Origin: Catajapyx aquilonaris
Lineage: Eukaryota
Reading direction: 5' to 3'
Length of the DNA: 50,409 nucleotides
Assembly: GCA_000934665.2 (NCBI GenBank)
Contig: JYFJ02001142.1
Location: forward strand, 124,001-174,409
Positions 15,651-29,967 of the stretch are shown here, one piece after another. A program made the translations under genes and the position numbers. The number at the start of each line of letters is the position of its first letter. Within the stretch, counting starts at the first letter, position 1. The notes below the pieces were generated by a model. The model made no database searches, was not told the DNA's origin, and was given only the letters and a program-made list of their open reading frames with translations.

Positions 15651-18600
15651 TAGGGCTTACCACTATCAACTTGACAACGATTAAGCTAACCGTCCTTGCC
15701 CCCACGCTTATAGTAATCGAGCTCTGCGACATTATATTCGCAGAGGCGCACGGAAGCCAAACCGCGTTATTAGTTAAAACAAAGACTTAAAGACTTACCG
15801 CGGAAGGTGCACGTGACATGCGAATTACTCTGCGGTCATCAAGAATACTGCGCGATAACTGAAGCGAAACAACCATTTGAAGATCCTTTCCTTAGACAGC
15901 GTCTCTGTTTTTACGTGGGAGTATACCGTGGCCTTCTTAGACCGCGCCAGTAAGCTCTCTCAAAATGATCTCTGCAGCCTCTCAAATGCCTTAAACACTC
16001 CAGAATCGTCGAGAATAATGAGACTATGTCCATTAAAGGCCTCACTTAAAAGACAGCAATGGAGAGTACACAACTCCACCAAATAATGCCCCTGCGGCGC
16101 GGTGATGAGGATGTTGCAAGAGAATCTGCGGCGACGCCAAGGTTAAAAAGTGGGTGGAAACTTCTCAATTCTGATATGCAATGCGACGTAAACTTCTAAA
16201 TTTGTTTCGCAGAGAGCACTTAAAATGTTCATAGCCACTCTACTCACTCCTCTGGCTCTTCTTCTCCCATATTCGTCTCTCCTTTCGTCCTATACAAGGC
16301 AACTACCGGTACCGATAAAGTAACTGTCATCTTCAGGATTCGGACTCACGCCTTGCCCATATTTCTCACACACTACAGGGCCACTGGGCTGCTTTAAATG
16401 TATGTACCTCTCACTTTTATTTCCCCCTCAGCATGCCATGACGAAGCTACAAAAACGTATTTCAAAGCAAACGACGCCAAGGTTTCCCCTAGTAATAAAT
16501 ACTGTTACAACCGTAAAATTAAAGATAGTGTGCAGAATGTGTCATACGCCGTCGAAGAAATGTGCAATTTTAGGGCACACAGCCAATGCCGTAGTCTTTT
16601 CATGCCTATATACAAACTGTGATTGTCATTTAGCCGTCTTGCACACTACAGTGTGACACTAAAAGATCGGAGTCCCTGGTTTCCAGACAGTATGTTGCTA
16701 TTGAGTGCGGATGACCATCAGTGGCAGGGGAGTATATACAGAAAAACGACATGAAGAATGCTCCTTCTATGACACCCCTCCCAGCTGCCAGTTACCAGTC
16801 GCAAAGAAGTCAGTCATTTTTCTTCCTTGGCTCTTATTCTTCCAACAAAGTCTCGGAGTGTAACTATGATTATAGGCAAGAATATACAGTATTATTCTCG
16901 ATATTATTGCTGTATATAAGTGCGAAGGTATCGCGTTAATGTGGGGCCTACGAAATCTCATGTAACTTCATAACGGTAGAACCCGCAGAATACTTTCCAA
17001 CAACCTGGCCAGACATTCTTTGCAGCTGTTGCTTTTTAGTGGAAAAATTGGGGTGGCGGAGTGAAACAGTAATTAGCAAACTTGTGACTAGGCCTACGTA
17101 TAATTACCTAATAAAGAAACTGTAAACCTGTCAAGCTCACATATAATGTGGAGATTACTGTATAATACCATCATTGCTAAGGGATCTAATCTCCATCCAA
17201 CCTAAATCGAGCGTGCCTTCTCTCTATAACTGATTGTCTTATAGGTCTGTAATTCTTTACATCCTGAAGCATTTTAATATTAATGGTCAGTCGTACATAT
17301 GGCACGGTGTATTTCTACACTGCTGCTGATGTGGACGATCAGGACCAGACAGCACGACGTAAACCTTTGGAAAAGCTCGTGATCGTCGGTTTTCGACCTG
17401 CCATTGTCTTGAAGGGCTGCTCTTATATATAGCCCACACTTACGCCTCTTGAATTATACAGTGCATTCGTCTGTGTCTTGTTCTAGGCTCATCTATAATA
17501 TATACTAGTAGATCGGCTGAATTCACATGAGAGACGCAACATGAAGGCATTCTTTCATAAATATACCATGTTGAGCGGAGTGTGCGCCCCAGGTGTACTT
17601 CTGCAAACGGTCCCACATGGTTCTTACATAAACACATTCGTAAACACACATCCAAAACCGACTGCACGGGGTCCACTATAGCCTTAATACCTAAGGAGCA
17701 CAATCCGCCTCAATGCACAGGTCTTGTTTCTCAACCTCTCCCCTGCAAACCATATGCTTCCTTGGTTTGGTGTAACCTCCGTGAAAGGTCAACCCACTAC
17801 ACAGGAACATTTGTGTGTACTCCTCCTATACCACAAAACTGTACACCTGCTGGGGGTAACTTCCGAACTCAGCATGAACATCTAGTTGTAACAGCTTGTT
17901 GCAAGCATGTCTATAATTGCCCGAGAAACCTAATATACTACTTCTTAAATTAATTTAGTAATAATAACATGTCGTAAAACACATACAGCAGAGAAAGGCA
18001 GCTCGTCTCATTATGTCTGTCCCGGCGGATCATCGAGGTCCAGCTTCCCCACCTTTTATCCTGGAAGTTAGCTAACCTAACAGCCTCTCTCGTCTCACTC
18101 ACGGCCGCATCGCAGGGTAAATGAATCAGTAAAAGCACACACGGAACACATGCCTCAGCACCTGAAAGGGACCTGGACCATACGCCGCAATACTTTCATG
18201 CACCAAACATTCATTCTTCGGGAGAGGTTGTGATGTGAATGCGTAATAGGCGCACACGTACACTATTACGTCAACCCCCCTCTGCAATGTGGACCTTGAA
18301 TATAACTTTCTCCGCCGCAGTTTGAAAAATAATGAGAACCGCTGCTGCAGGTTACATTGAGTTCCGCTTACAGTGCCAAGTGTTAGTTATACACGGCTTG
18401 CAACATTAATGTGGTGCGCCCCCTGTGAGCTCGATATTGGAAGAAACGGAAAACTAGGCTGGAGAATTTAACCATGCCGCTGTCACTATCCTTGCATGTT
18501 TAGAATCAGCGTAATGTACAGTAATTGGGCAATGAACTGTGAACGGTTTGGCCATTTACAACTTCTTTGCACTTGTGTCGGGAAAGATAGTCGACAAGTT

Positions 18601-21600
18601 ACAGAAGTACTGAGGCATTCCTGGCAGTGCGTTGGAGCACTTTAGTCCGCTTAAGAATTCCGCAACACCTCTTGGAGATAAACTCCGGTCTACACTCGAT
18701 AATTGGTACTTCCCTACGATTTTAGGATGCAACAAAATATGGCAAAAATTCGTACACATATCTGAGCATTCCGCCATAAATGAGCAGAACGAGCATTATT
18801 CCATAATCGGAGACCAGGGCGACCTCGCCACTATTGATTGAAAATGTGTCCACACAAGTAATGATGTTAGCAAAAAGCAATAATGGCCATTACCATCCGA
18901 CAGCTATTTTATCGTGGGAACTGCTCTCTGTAATTCACGTAAGCTGACATCAGAAATGCCCGTGTAGATTGACAGTCACATGGCATACACACTCGCTTTC
19001 AAATATGGGCTACGCAGGGCGGGCAGTATATGCATGTAGTCTAATGATAACTATGACAATCCTTGATCAAAGATACAATCACAGGAGGCTTACAAGTTTG
19101 GCCCAAATATCAAGTGAACTGCGTCATTTTTTTTTTGCGGGGGTGGGGAAACCTGTGCCAAAACGCCAAGATAAAATGCTGAAGGCCGGAAAAATTAATC
19201 GGACAGTCTGAGATGAGACCGTGCCATAGCAAGGTTGAGATATCTGTCGGCATGCCACGAAATAAGCTGACAGCAACCAATTTTTAATCACATTTACAAT
19301 ACAACCAGCATTTCAGTTGAGACGCTTCACTCATTTTATACGGCATCTGGCTTCCTCCTCCTCACTGTCAAACTGCAGCCAGATTCCCCAAAAGTATGTT
19401 ACATTATTTTGAAGTGTCCGTCGTGGTTAGCTATCTATCAGCGCCAAATTTTAAAGTGCTTACTTTCGAACAGTTGCTCTTGGGCATTTTCAAAATATTA
19501 GCTGTAAATATTAGGGTTAATGGAAGCATCCTTTGTGGCGTAAATTGCAATAACGTCCCCACAAAATGGACCATTTTGACCCAAGGCACCTTTGGTTAAT
19601 AGCTGAAAGCATTTTTGAGTCCTTGACAGTTATATATTGTTTAAAAAGGACGCACCTATTCGACCCAACATTCAATGCTGATAAGCTCTAAAAGCAAAGA
19701 GCCAAAAAGTCGCTAACCACTACATACAATTCAACGGAAATATACACACTGCACAGCAATATATCGTTCCAAATCCATCAAATAATCATGAATTGAAAGA
19801 AAACTCAGTCGCGTATGAATAAACAACGCCCATTCACCATCACAGCAGCACAATTCCAAATTACATATGGACCATTGTGGCTCAATTCAACTACATCCTT
19901 AATTTACACCCAAGCCAAGCACTTCTCTACTTAATTTTTTAAGTCATACTTCCTAGCTTTCTGGCTTATTTGCTCACTTGTCAGACCGAAATGAAACGCA
20001 TTCAACGCCCTTCCTCCGCCATCCAGCATCCTAATGCCAAAAACCCATCCTAGAAAGACTCGTGTGCTACGATTCATGTCAGCATTCAGTTCAGGTGCGT
20101 GATCTCAATTGAATTGTTATCCTGTAGTTATGGGTCTGGGAGTGAGAAGGCGCAGTACGCTGGGAAATGTGTCGCCTAGGTGGTAAAACCCAGAAACGGA
20201 GAGAGGGGTTGGGTCACAATCAATAAGTAGAGGGCGCAGGAGTACTAGAGCGCTAGGTTGGGCTGGCTGCCTGCCTGCCTGGGATTAATGTCAGGCCCTT
20301 CTTTTTTTTCCCCCTCCTCTTTTTTTCCTGCAAACGCCATCTATTCTCCGGTCTCCCCAGCTCCTATTAATGTCTCCTTCTTCGCCACGAAGAGGGCCGA
20401 ACCATCCGCATTTTTGCTCGCAAAAATTGCCCCCAATCCGAGCCCGGATTATTTTCTTCTCTGTCCCTCCCACAAACCTATTCCCTCCACACTCACGTCT
20501 TAATGTCTACTTTACGAGGACGCGGAGCAGACTGCACAGATTAGGAAGAAACCTTATGTGTTTTCAGGAGAAAAGTACACCGGATTTTAGTTTTAAAAAT
20601 CCCCTCCACGGAGGCTTACAATATTGCGATCTAATTCCGGCAGGCAGGGTCTGATCCCTGCTTACCGTGAGATCCCGTGGTACTCCCATCATTCATTTCA
20701 ATCAAAAGACTTCCTCCTCTTCTCTCGCCTCGGGCTGCCTGGCAGAATTTCTGACCGCAAGAGAACTGGCTGAAGTCACAAGTTTTACTGCTTGTAAGGC
20801 GCATTGTAGCCATTTCCACTTCTGCAGTTTAATTTCTTTTTAGACCCCCTCGTTCATGGGGCAAAACAATGCATACTAATTTACAAGAAAGTCTCTTTGA
20901 CGTTTACAGCCGCCAGTTCACGCAGGTTTCCCAGTTACCTACAACGCATCTGCATTGAAATAGTATAGTCCGGAAATAATGGTTTGAATCAATAATACCA
21001 TTTCACCATAATGTTACACTGGTGTCGACTCTTGACACGAACCTACGAACATTCATGATAATCTAGTTACTCCACCAACCATTTTCAAATATCGCTTTTG
21101 ATCAATAGACATGCAGGAAAAACAGTCCACAGGCAGCAAGGTTAGTCGACAAACTTGCCCCAAATTTCGGCGACCAGCACGAGCTTCAAAATCTGTTATA
21201 GCAACCGAAAATTGTCATCGGCGCCATTAGATGAATAAGTTGTGTGCCCGCAGAAACACGGGCTATCCCCCACAACTCTGATAAATGTCACGAAAAACAA
21301 GCTGGTTTAAACGACTTTTCGGAGTAGCAATTTGCGGAATTGGTAGTGGAGCTGAGAAGAAGCGAACACGAAGGGGGTTAGAGGAGAGACATAACTTTGA
21401 GAAAGGAGGCAAGATGGAGGGGAAAGAAGAGAAAAAAAGGAGTTCCATAGAAACTGCCCTCCGAAAAGCGGGAAATATCTCCAAAAAAAAAGGAGAGGTG
21501 GCCAATTTCCGGCCAGGAAATGTGAGCGGAATCTGCAGCACAAGAGAAACGCGGACCAGATATAATTGCATTTCACCGCAGAAAAAAAAAAACTATTCTC

Positions 21601-24215
21601 GCCGCGTTATCTTCTAATGCGATTTTCAGTCTAAGTCGGACAGGGTCAAAAAACGCACGTCCGTCCATCCGTCATTGGCATTCCCCTGAGGGGGGACAGG
21701 CGAATTCAGATGTTTGCTTTGGGCGCGTAATCAGCTCAGCCAGAGAACCATGCTGTCATTTGTCACCTGACCCCCACCTCACCCAACATTTTATGCAGCT
21801 GCACAGACCTCTGGCCCCGTCAACTCCGACACGTGACGTCATTCAGGGTACAGGTTTTACCCACTTAAGCAGCCCATCGCACATGACAAGCGAAATGAAA
21901 CCCCGACCGAGGGCTACCCTCAAAATCCATGCAGTTGTGCATGATTCCCGAGTGATCTGGCCTGTCCTCACCGATGCAGATTTGAACCATCGAAGTTACT
22001 GGGGAACAGACCAGATGGAAAAGCCCCGGGTTCTCTTGTGTGCCGCAACGTCCGATTGGAAATAACCTGCTCGGATCGATCTGTCATCGGGACAGCATCG
22101 ACAGTGCAATGTATCGGTACTCTTATCTTCTGCCGAAATGCTACTCGAAAAAAAATTTAACTAGTCAGAGGCAAGGCAATTCGTTCTGATAGATATTCTA
22201 TTCTGGTAGAAATATAAATATGATCCACCATCCCTTGACAGATAAAATCCACAAAACTACTTTCGCTACAATGCGGCCACTAATACGTCCACTATACATA
22301 GTTTATTTCCGGTCATGACTGGAATACAACTGTCTTCTATGTCCTCCTTTTTTTTCCGGCCCAACCCCCTCGCATCGACCCAACCCAAGGCCTGCATCGA
22401 AGGCTTTGAAAACCGTCCCAGCATTCAACAGACACACGCCATTTTCTTTAAGGAGCCTGGCGAAATTGTAGCAGTGACACAAGCAGCTGTTTTTCCTCTT
22501 TCTAAAGCTCCTTGTTTCCAGCTGCTGTTGAAGGCCGCTGCCAGTTACGCCTTTTCAAAAGAAGGGTATAAAAGTTCTGGCTATAAACATGTCCAGTTTA
22601 TTCCCGCTCCTTCGTTTGCTTATTCTCCTGCTTGGGTCTTTGCAGCCCCAGTCCCACACTCGCTGAGGAAAACCCTGATAACTTATGTACGTTGATTCTG
22701 TTACGTACGGATCGACTCGGAATATTAGTATCTCGCAAATTACCCAGGAGAAAAGGCCTAATTTGATTAGTCTGGCGATAAAGTTGTGTCCATTAGTAGG
22801 CAGTCCTGGGCCCGGGCCGGTGCCAAGTGCAGTTGCCATCCCAGGCAAAACTTTTCGTTCGTCGACGACTTTGCCAGCAGCCAGAACCTGGGGGGCCAGG
22901 GGCGGGGGGATGTTCGGGGGGTGCAAAACACCAGCCTTCTGGATGCATCCAGCTACCGGGGAAAAGGGAGGGATCGATGCTTTTCTCCACCTGCACCTGC
23001 GCCACCTCCACACCAATCCCGACACCCCCACCCTCCCCCTTATATACACATATACCGCCTCTTCCAACAACTAGCACAAGCCACTAATTCAACGGATATC
23101 CAACCCCTACTCCACCCAATCCGCACCAAAACTCCATCGATTTCATCTCCGCCGCGTTCGGCATATTGATTCCTGCCAACGATAAAAGAATATCCGCTTC
23201 AGCTCTTATGCGGATCCAAAGAAAAAGGGCGGGGAAAGGCAAAACACTTCCGAACCCTTTATTCCGATGCTATAGCCATGGCAGCTCACAAAAACTTGAC
23301 AAATCCATTTGGCCCGCCCAGAATTTACCTCCGATACTGGTTTTTTAAACTTTTTCGCGCCGCATTTTTGTAAATGGTGCTGTGCTTTTAAATAATGGAG
23401 ATCAGGTCCGGGCCTAATGGAATAGTCGGTGGGCTCTCCAAACCGGATCACCAGTTCGCATGGAATCATGCAATAATAACGGCCCTGTCAATTACTGTCA
23501 GTAAATTTGGCGATAACTACAACGGTACCATAGCACTCCGCCTGATCACATTTAAACATTTCGTGACCAGTCCAATCATAAGCTCCCAAACCGACACACG
23601 AGACTAATGGGAGCTCATGTGGAGCTCGAGTGCAGACAAAAAGGGGGAAAGAAAGGCTCCACATGAACACGACTCTCCCATTTACTGCGGATTACGCCTC
23701 CCAAAAGCCCCGAATCGGAAACCAACCACGCCCTTTGCAGCAGAGAGAGAGAAAAAAGGATGAGGGAGAAAAAATAATCCGGATCCCAAGCCCCGCCATC
23801 TAATTAATCTCTCCTTCGCTTCTTCTCCACCGGAATGGAACCGCCAACATCAATTGAAGGCAGATTCGCCTGATTCACTCTCACTTCCTTCATTGATTCC
23901 ATTACCAATCGCTCCCTTTTATCGATGGAGCCTGTCTAACTCGATTTTTCTCCGCGGCCATTTGTGTGGACGACGGACGACCTACCACTCTTATCGCCAA
24001 TTGTGCACTGCGATATCTTCCTATTCAGGGAGACACTGGGGTACAACGTGATACACGGGACCTCAAGGTGCCGCCAAGGAAAAAGGCCGTCACATCCCTG
24101 GTGTTATATCGTGTGACATATTTAACGACGCTGCCGTGCGGTAATGCGAGTAATATGCACGGATACTGCAGCGCTCTCTAAGGCGAGACATGATTACGGC
24201 ACAGACAGGCCTCAA

Positions 24216-24805
24216 AGGGTTTCCCTTCCAGGATTAATATGCAGTGTACCACGTGGCTATTAATATTAGATGAAAAAGTGCAACTCAGTTTTTTAATATA
24301 CCTTCTTTGAGTGGTGCTTAGAATCTGCAACATTTTCGCATTTAAATATTAGACGATAGGAACTTGCCAAAATTGTACATTTGTGACAGTGGCAGATGGC
24401 AATATTTTTTGAGTCGCGTAATTGTTCACTAACAATTATTGCTCTAATAAAATTAAAATGTGCTTGTGTGTGATACTCCATTTTAACATCCCATTTGATG
24501 GGTTTCCACTTGTACAACCAGGATTGGGCAATAATTGATTTAAATATGTGACTCAAGAATTGTCCATTACATACTATTTTAAAGGGAATTAAACTCCCGG
24601 GAAGCTCCCAGTGCCTGCTTTAAATGCGAAAACAAAATTGGAAAATGTCCCAACTTCCAGGTGCTGATTTTTACTAATCAAAATTAATATGCCACAGAAA
24701 ATATTTAAAAACTGAGTTTCACTTTTTTATCTAATATATTATAATGAACAGTTTCCATTTTAAATTATCACAGTTCGCTGCAAAGTCAATCCTGGAAGGG
24801 AGCCT
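24216..24805. mobile_element. Old degenerate foldback MITE (possibly Kolobok-like)
   Basis: Three collinear inverted blocks: TCCCTTCCAGGATT (24222-24235 / 24788-24801), TATTAGATGAAAAAGTGCAACTCAGTTTTT (~24264-24299 / 24701-24736), TTTTCGCATTTAAA (24333-24346 / 24619-24632). TSD not clear. Confidence 0.65.
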
Positions 24806-26977
24806 CCACCAACATGCTCTTGCAAAGTTACTGACTGCTACTACACTGTTACAACAAATTGATCTTTATTTGCCTTTAAAATTTCTTAAACCACAGATCC
24901 AAAGAATTTGAATCATTAATAAGACATAAATTGTAGCTTGCTGTGCACAAAATTATACATTAGGCCTAATACCCTTGAATTTTCACTTTGGTTCTCACAA
25001 CTGAGAGCAAGCTGATCATCACATATTCATCTTTAATTTGATTGAATGTAACAAATTGCGTATACCAATGTATCCAGTACATGCCTGTAATTTGGGTTCA
25101 CTAGAATGCAGTACATCAAAGGGAATAATCCATTCCTTCTAATTACATTCCTCTACTATTTTAGCAGTGATTAATATACAGTAACTTCAGAGTGCTCATA
25201 GTGTACAGTACCAGGATCATGTGATTACAAAAGAAGAATCAGTGACCTTTGAAGAACTGAGGCCCTTTTTTTTTTTTTTGGTACAACTATGGCTTGAGGC
25301 AATATTTAAACTGATAGCAGCAACCAATCACATATATATATTCTGACTGATAGCATTATCAGTTATCAGTTCATTGTCTGCTACAAGTCACCTGCACCAC
25401 TGTTCTGATTTCACAATAGAATTGCAGGTTGTCATCACCCGTAATTCCTGCAGTAAGGGATGCCTAAAAATATTTCATTAGAGGCAGTCATGGGCTGAAA
25501 AAGCCCTCCCAGGAGTTTCCCTGTTCCATGCTACCTACTTGTTAGAAGGAAGTTTATGAAAACACCCACATTTCCATCCTCTCCAATAATTATTATGCAC
25601 ATTACACACAATAACATTGAGGAAAATCAGTCCTGCCCTGAAGCAACTCATTATGCACCAATCAGCTTGCATAATTTGCATGGGTTAAATCCATACATGA
25701 GTGCGATTTCCTACATCATCATCACCATTTTGTAGTAGTCTTGCTACACACAGGGAAAATTCTTCGCTCCCCTCAGAACTCGAAAACCCCTACAATTTTG
25801 CATGATCCACTGAGAAAATGTTTACAAACATGTTTACACATGGCCCCCCTCCCTCCCCTAGGCAATCAATATGATGCCACACAGACTGTTTGCAAAGCAG
25901 GACCTATTGATTGGTTCCTCATGCTTTCTGGGTCACCAGCCCCATCCTGAAAACTATCTCCTAAATGTTCAAAGGCAGTTGGCAAAAGGAGTACCGTGGA
26001 AAATGTAAGAAAATTCTCACCATCAGCTAATGATATCCACATGCACACCACTATTTAGTCACACTTGAGATGAGACCCTGGATATGACTTACGTGTGCAC
26101 ACTCATAATCTGCTCCACTTTTGCACTGAACAGATATGCAGCTTCAATATCCAACTAAGCAGCAAGCTAATCAGTGCCACTATCACACAAAAATAGACGT
26201 CAAATGTTACGAGCACTTTTGACAAATGGCGTCAAGAAGACAGCAAACTGCCCAGTGCAAGATACAGTTTCCCACACTACTGTATGAAAAAAAAAACTAT
26301 ATTCCCAAGGCAGTTACTATCCATAAAATTGAGCAGTTTCGATGCTATCTGGCCATCCCGAATCAATTTGCTATTGATTTGAATCATGGCTTACGACTCA
26401 ATTGCCCATGCATCTAAATGTAATGACACTTTTGCCAATATTTGCCAGAATACGAAACTCCCCATCTATTTTTAATGCCACCCAGCTGGACTACCCCTGC
26501 ATCATCCTTTGGGGCAAATTAACCTGTAGCTCAACAGCAGCCATCTGTCAAGAAATGCTCATCAACATTAGTAACACCATTCAGCATACCAATCACCTGT
26601 AATCATCCGACACTCTTGTGATGTTGTTCCACAGTATGTTTGTGGTGCAATATGGCGACCTGTTTCTCTGTGTACCCATTGTCTTCAGTGCCATGAGTGC
26701 AGCATGAGTGACTGCAATATGACACAGCCACATACAAGCGCAGAGTGCACCGTTCATGCCTTCGTTACGACCCTTGCTTCCTCCAACATGTAACCATGGG
26801 TTGTCATACCCTGGGGCCTAGGAACCTTTTCCACTAGGCCTAGCATGCAAAACAAAAACATCTGACGGGAAGGGACTGGGGGTTGGGCAGTGGTGGCGAA
26901 CATGTTTCAAAAAAACAGATACACACAACCATTCGAATCCCTGCAACCCCTTCCTTTTTTCCCCCCCCCCCCCTTAC

Positions 26978-27240
26978 CTTAATCGACGGAATGTGAATCT
27001 GGAGCCCACCGGTCGGCCGGTTAAGGAAGCGAACCCCTCGTCGGAATTCAAGGAGAGGAAGGTCCGGGTCTGAGTCGGTTACCCGCAGATCGAGACGTAT
27101 CCAGAGCGAGCTGCGGCTGCGGGGATCCAACGGCCGCCATGTTGAGTCTCCGGCCCTCGCCTCTCACCAGGCGATCAGACGACCGCTCTCATTGGCCCTG
27201 GGCCTACTTCACGGCAGACACGAGCCGTCCCATTGGTTCC
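26978..27240 (-). promoter_or_regulatory. CpG-island-like promoter and first exon of an unidentified leftward-transcribed gene
   Basis: GC/CpG-rich; two CCAAT boxes (ATTGG on + at 27191 and 27232); AACATGGCGGC YY1/PHO-type and Kozak motif at ~27133-27143; strong donor AAG|GTAAGG at 26977. Confidence 0.55.
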
Positions 27241-29688
27241 AGCCGTTCTCCACGGCACGCGAAACAAGTGACGGCCGCGGCCCGTGTGGTCCACCCCGAA
27301 TCTACATGCTGCCTTCGTCATTTAATTTTAATGCGGGACTCTGCTGCATCATTTTTTCCAGTTTGTGCCGGACAGGTCGGGGCCACGGGAATGACATTAA
27401 AGGGCGTGAACAACGGGTTGTTTGTTATGTGCTGAGAGAAAGAAGAAAAAAAAAGGGGGGGTGATAACTCCTGGTTTCGCAATATTGATCACGCCGCACA
27501 GGATCATGTGCAACTCGTGTTTGCGTACACCAAATGCAAATATGGTAGCATCACTCGTTATTATTACGTGCTGGGTTGTATATAATTATTTAACAGGGAG
27601 GACTCGATTGTCACGCTTGATCCCGGCCAGCCATATGTTGACAACGAAATCCAATATCGTGTCTCATTGAATGCCGCAGTTGACAACAGATGGTTTCAAA
27701 ATGCAACTCGTGGGGATTACAAACTTTGCCGATTTATCACTGCTGAGTGTATAATTGCGTTAATAAAATAGGAGTCGGGCGTATCGCGTCAGTGTTTCGG
27801 CAGTCGTAAGTTGACTGTGACACTGAGCAATTAATCATTCCAGTGATGCGTATGCTGCATGGAACTTTCCCACAGCAAACTATTATACATGGAAAGTTCT
27901 GTGCAGTATTTAATAAATGACGCCTGCACTACTGCACCAGTGTGAATTACCTTGAAAATACACCACTCGAGTCATTGCCGCCGGATAAAGCGGGTCTGCT
28001 TTCTCCATGTGCCGACTCGTTTTTAGTCCGTTCACGTGTTTTTCAAATGCAGTACACGAGGAAGGCCACACGTGGAAAAATGCGATTATACAGCACTCAG
28101 CTAACTGCGTAATTGTAGCAATCTTTTTCGCAAAATGAAGCCCGCATGTGACGTAGCCCTATCCGCAATCTCGTACGTTTCATTTATCTTGGTGGGGAAG
28201 CTAGAAATTGGCCATTTACTCGATGCCAGCGTATAACATTTCCGTAATGAGGCGCAGCACCCTGGAACATAGTGCTCAGCATAATAATTACTATAGACCT
28301 TCCACACAATACTCTATTATGCCATTGCATAATCAATGCACTATTGAAGCTCATCTAATATTCTACACTAATTACCAATGGCGGAGAGTACACAACAGAT
28401 TGTTTATAAGGCCCGTCCGATACGGCCATCAGTTGCCGGAAGAAAAAGCAATCCGCCTGGATTCCGGATTCCCTTTAAATTCCTCCGGATTCCTGGAATT
28501 TCCGTCAGAATTTTTGGAGGAAATCACTCCCTCGTATCATTACTACAGAGACGTCGTCGGGTCGTCCTAAGGCGATGTTTTTTCAGGTGCTTTGATCACG
28601 TTTGAACAGACATGCTCAGATCTTCCTTTCTATATAGGGTTGTGCAGTTATTAAAAATCAATAGCCGCGAATCAATCGGTAGCTATTGTTCTCTGTAAAC
28701 AATTCAAATCAAATTAAGTTTTGAAGCTCAAAGAAATGGGAGGACCCCACACCTTCCCAAGGAAGAAAAGTGCTTGGTGGGAAAAGGAATGGACGCGCGT
28801 GTACAAAGAACTTGTCACGCTATAATTCCCGTTGGCGATCATTACTTGGGGTGGACCCAAGGCCAAAAGTACGCAATGCGCCCACATGTCATTCCCGCAG
28901 GATTAACCTCCACCTTTTATACCTCCTTGCAGACACCCTGGGGTGGGCCACGAGAAATATTTGGCGCGCACGTGTGAAACGCACAAGAGATCTGACGACA
29001 CTGTGACCTTTTGTGCAAACTATCGTGCCATGAAGAGAATAGATTTTTTTTTTTTCGAGCGCAATACTATTGATTGATGTGCACATATCATTCCTCGAAA
29101 AGCCGCTTGGCATGCAAGAGGTATTTAAAGTTTCCATGTTCTCAAATTAGCAGGCACAAGGCAAACAATTTCGCGAACCAGCAGACAAGGAAAAGAAGGT
29201 GGAGTTGATCATATTTCCTGTTACGTAATTCAAACCTGCTTTACACTCCCCACCAATAATTGATTGCTTTTGGGTCGATTCTGACCCGTCTTTCCCGCCA
29301 CTTTAATACCAATCGATTTCTCGGCACAACAGGCTACTGTACCGGCACTAGGAGGTGTGATTCACGGTGTCCCAAATAACAGTGTAAATTTTGGTTAGGT
29401 AACCACCTGATACAATAACTTGCGGCTTGGTTGTATTTCCTTCTCACAACCTGAAAGGATTAGGAGGAAAAAGGGTGGTTTTCAACAACAACCACTACCA
29501 GTACCAGTACCACATTATTTTATTATGATACCACTCACTACATAATGATTCATAAAACAACGTAACTTTTCAACAACCTCATACTTGTACACCATGGCTT
29601 CAAATATCTTGCTACAAGACATACACACATATCAGCTAACATATATTGTCTAATAAATTTAATCGTATCTAATAGGCATGAGATATAA

Positions 29689-29694
29689 TTTATT
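29689..29694 (-). terminator. Candidate polyadenylation signal of IMPase
   Basis: AATAAA on the minus strand ~275 nt after the stop codon; a second one lies at 29519-29524. Confidence 0.45.
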
Positions 29695-29967
29695 GACTCA
29701 GGGTAGGGAGCATTGAACTCAGTAAAACAAATCCAGCCAGATTTTGCCTGTTTTCAATGGCTCACAAAAAAAAGAGCAACCAACAAGATTTGCATTAAAA
29801 TTTGGCCAGATTATGAGTTCGGTGCCCCCCCCCCCCCCCCCNTAAAATATACATTAAGTACCATTTTAGTTTATACGTTGCACAAAAATAAACTTCCTGT
29901 GTCTTCACACTGATGAACAGTTTTGGGGAGAAACCTGGGATGTTTCTATTTTTAAAGGTCATGAAAA

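Noticed and set aside
17381..17703. Possible Penelope relic (TATATAA, CTTCAAGA...GAAA and an ORF faintly like a GIY-YIG C-terminus)
   Set aside because: The hammerhead core is broken and no GIY/YIG motif is present; the similarity is too weak
1..26900. Dozens of 60-200 aa ORFs in the six-frame track (e.g. 2154..2783, 22555..23070, 21285..21617, 11062..11364)
   Set aside because: No recognisable domain, many non-ATG starts, low-complexity composition and no consistent splice chain; expected by chance in intronic DNA
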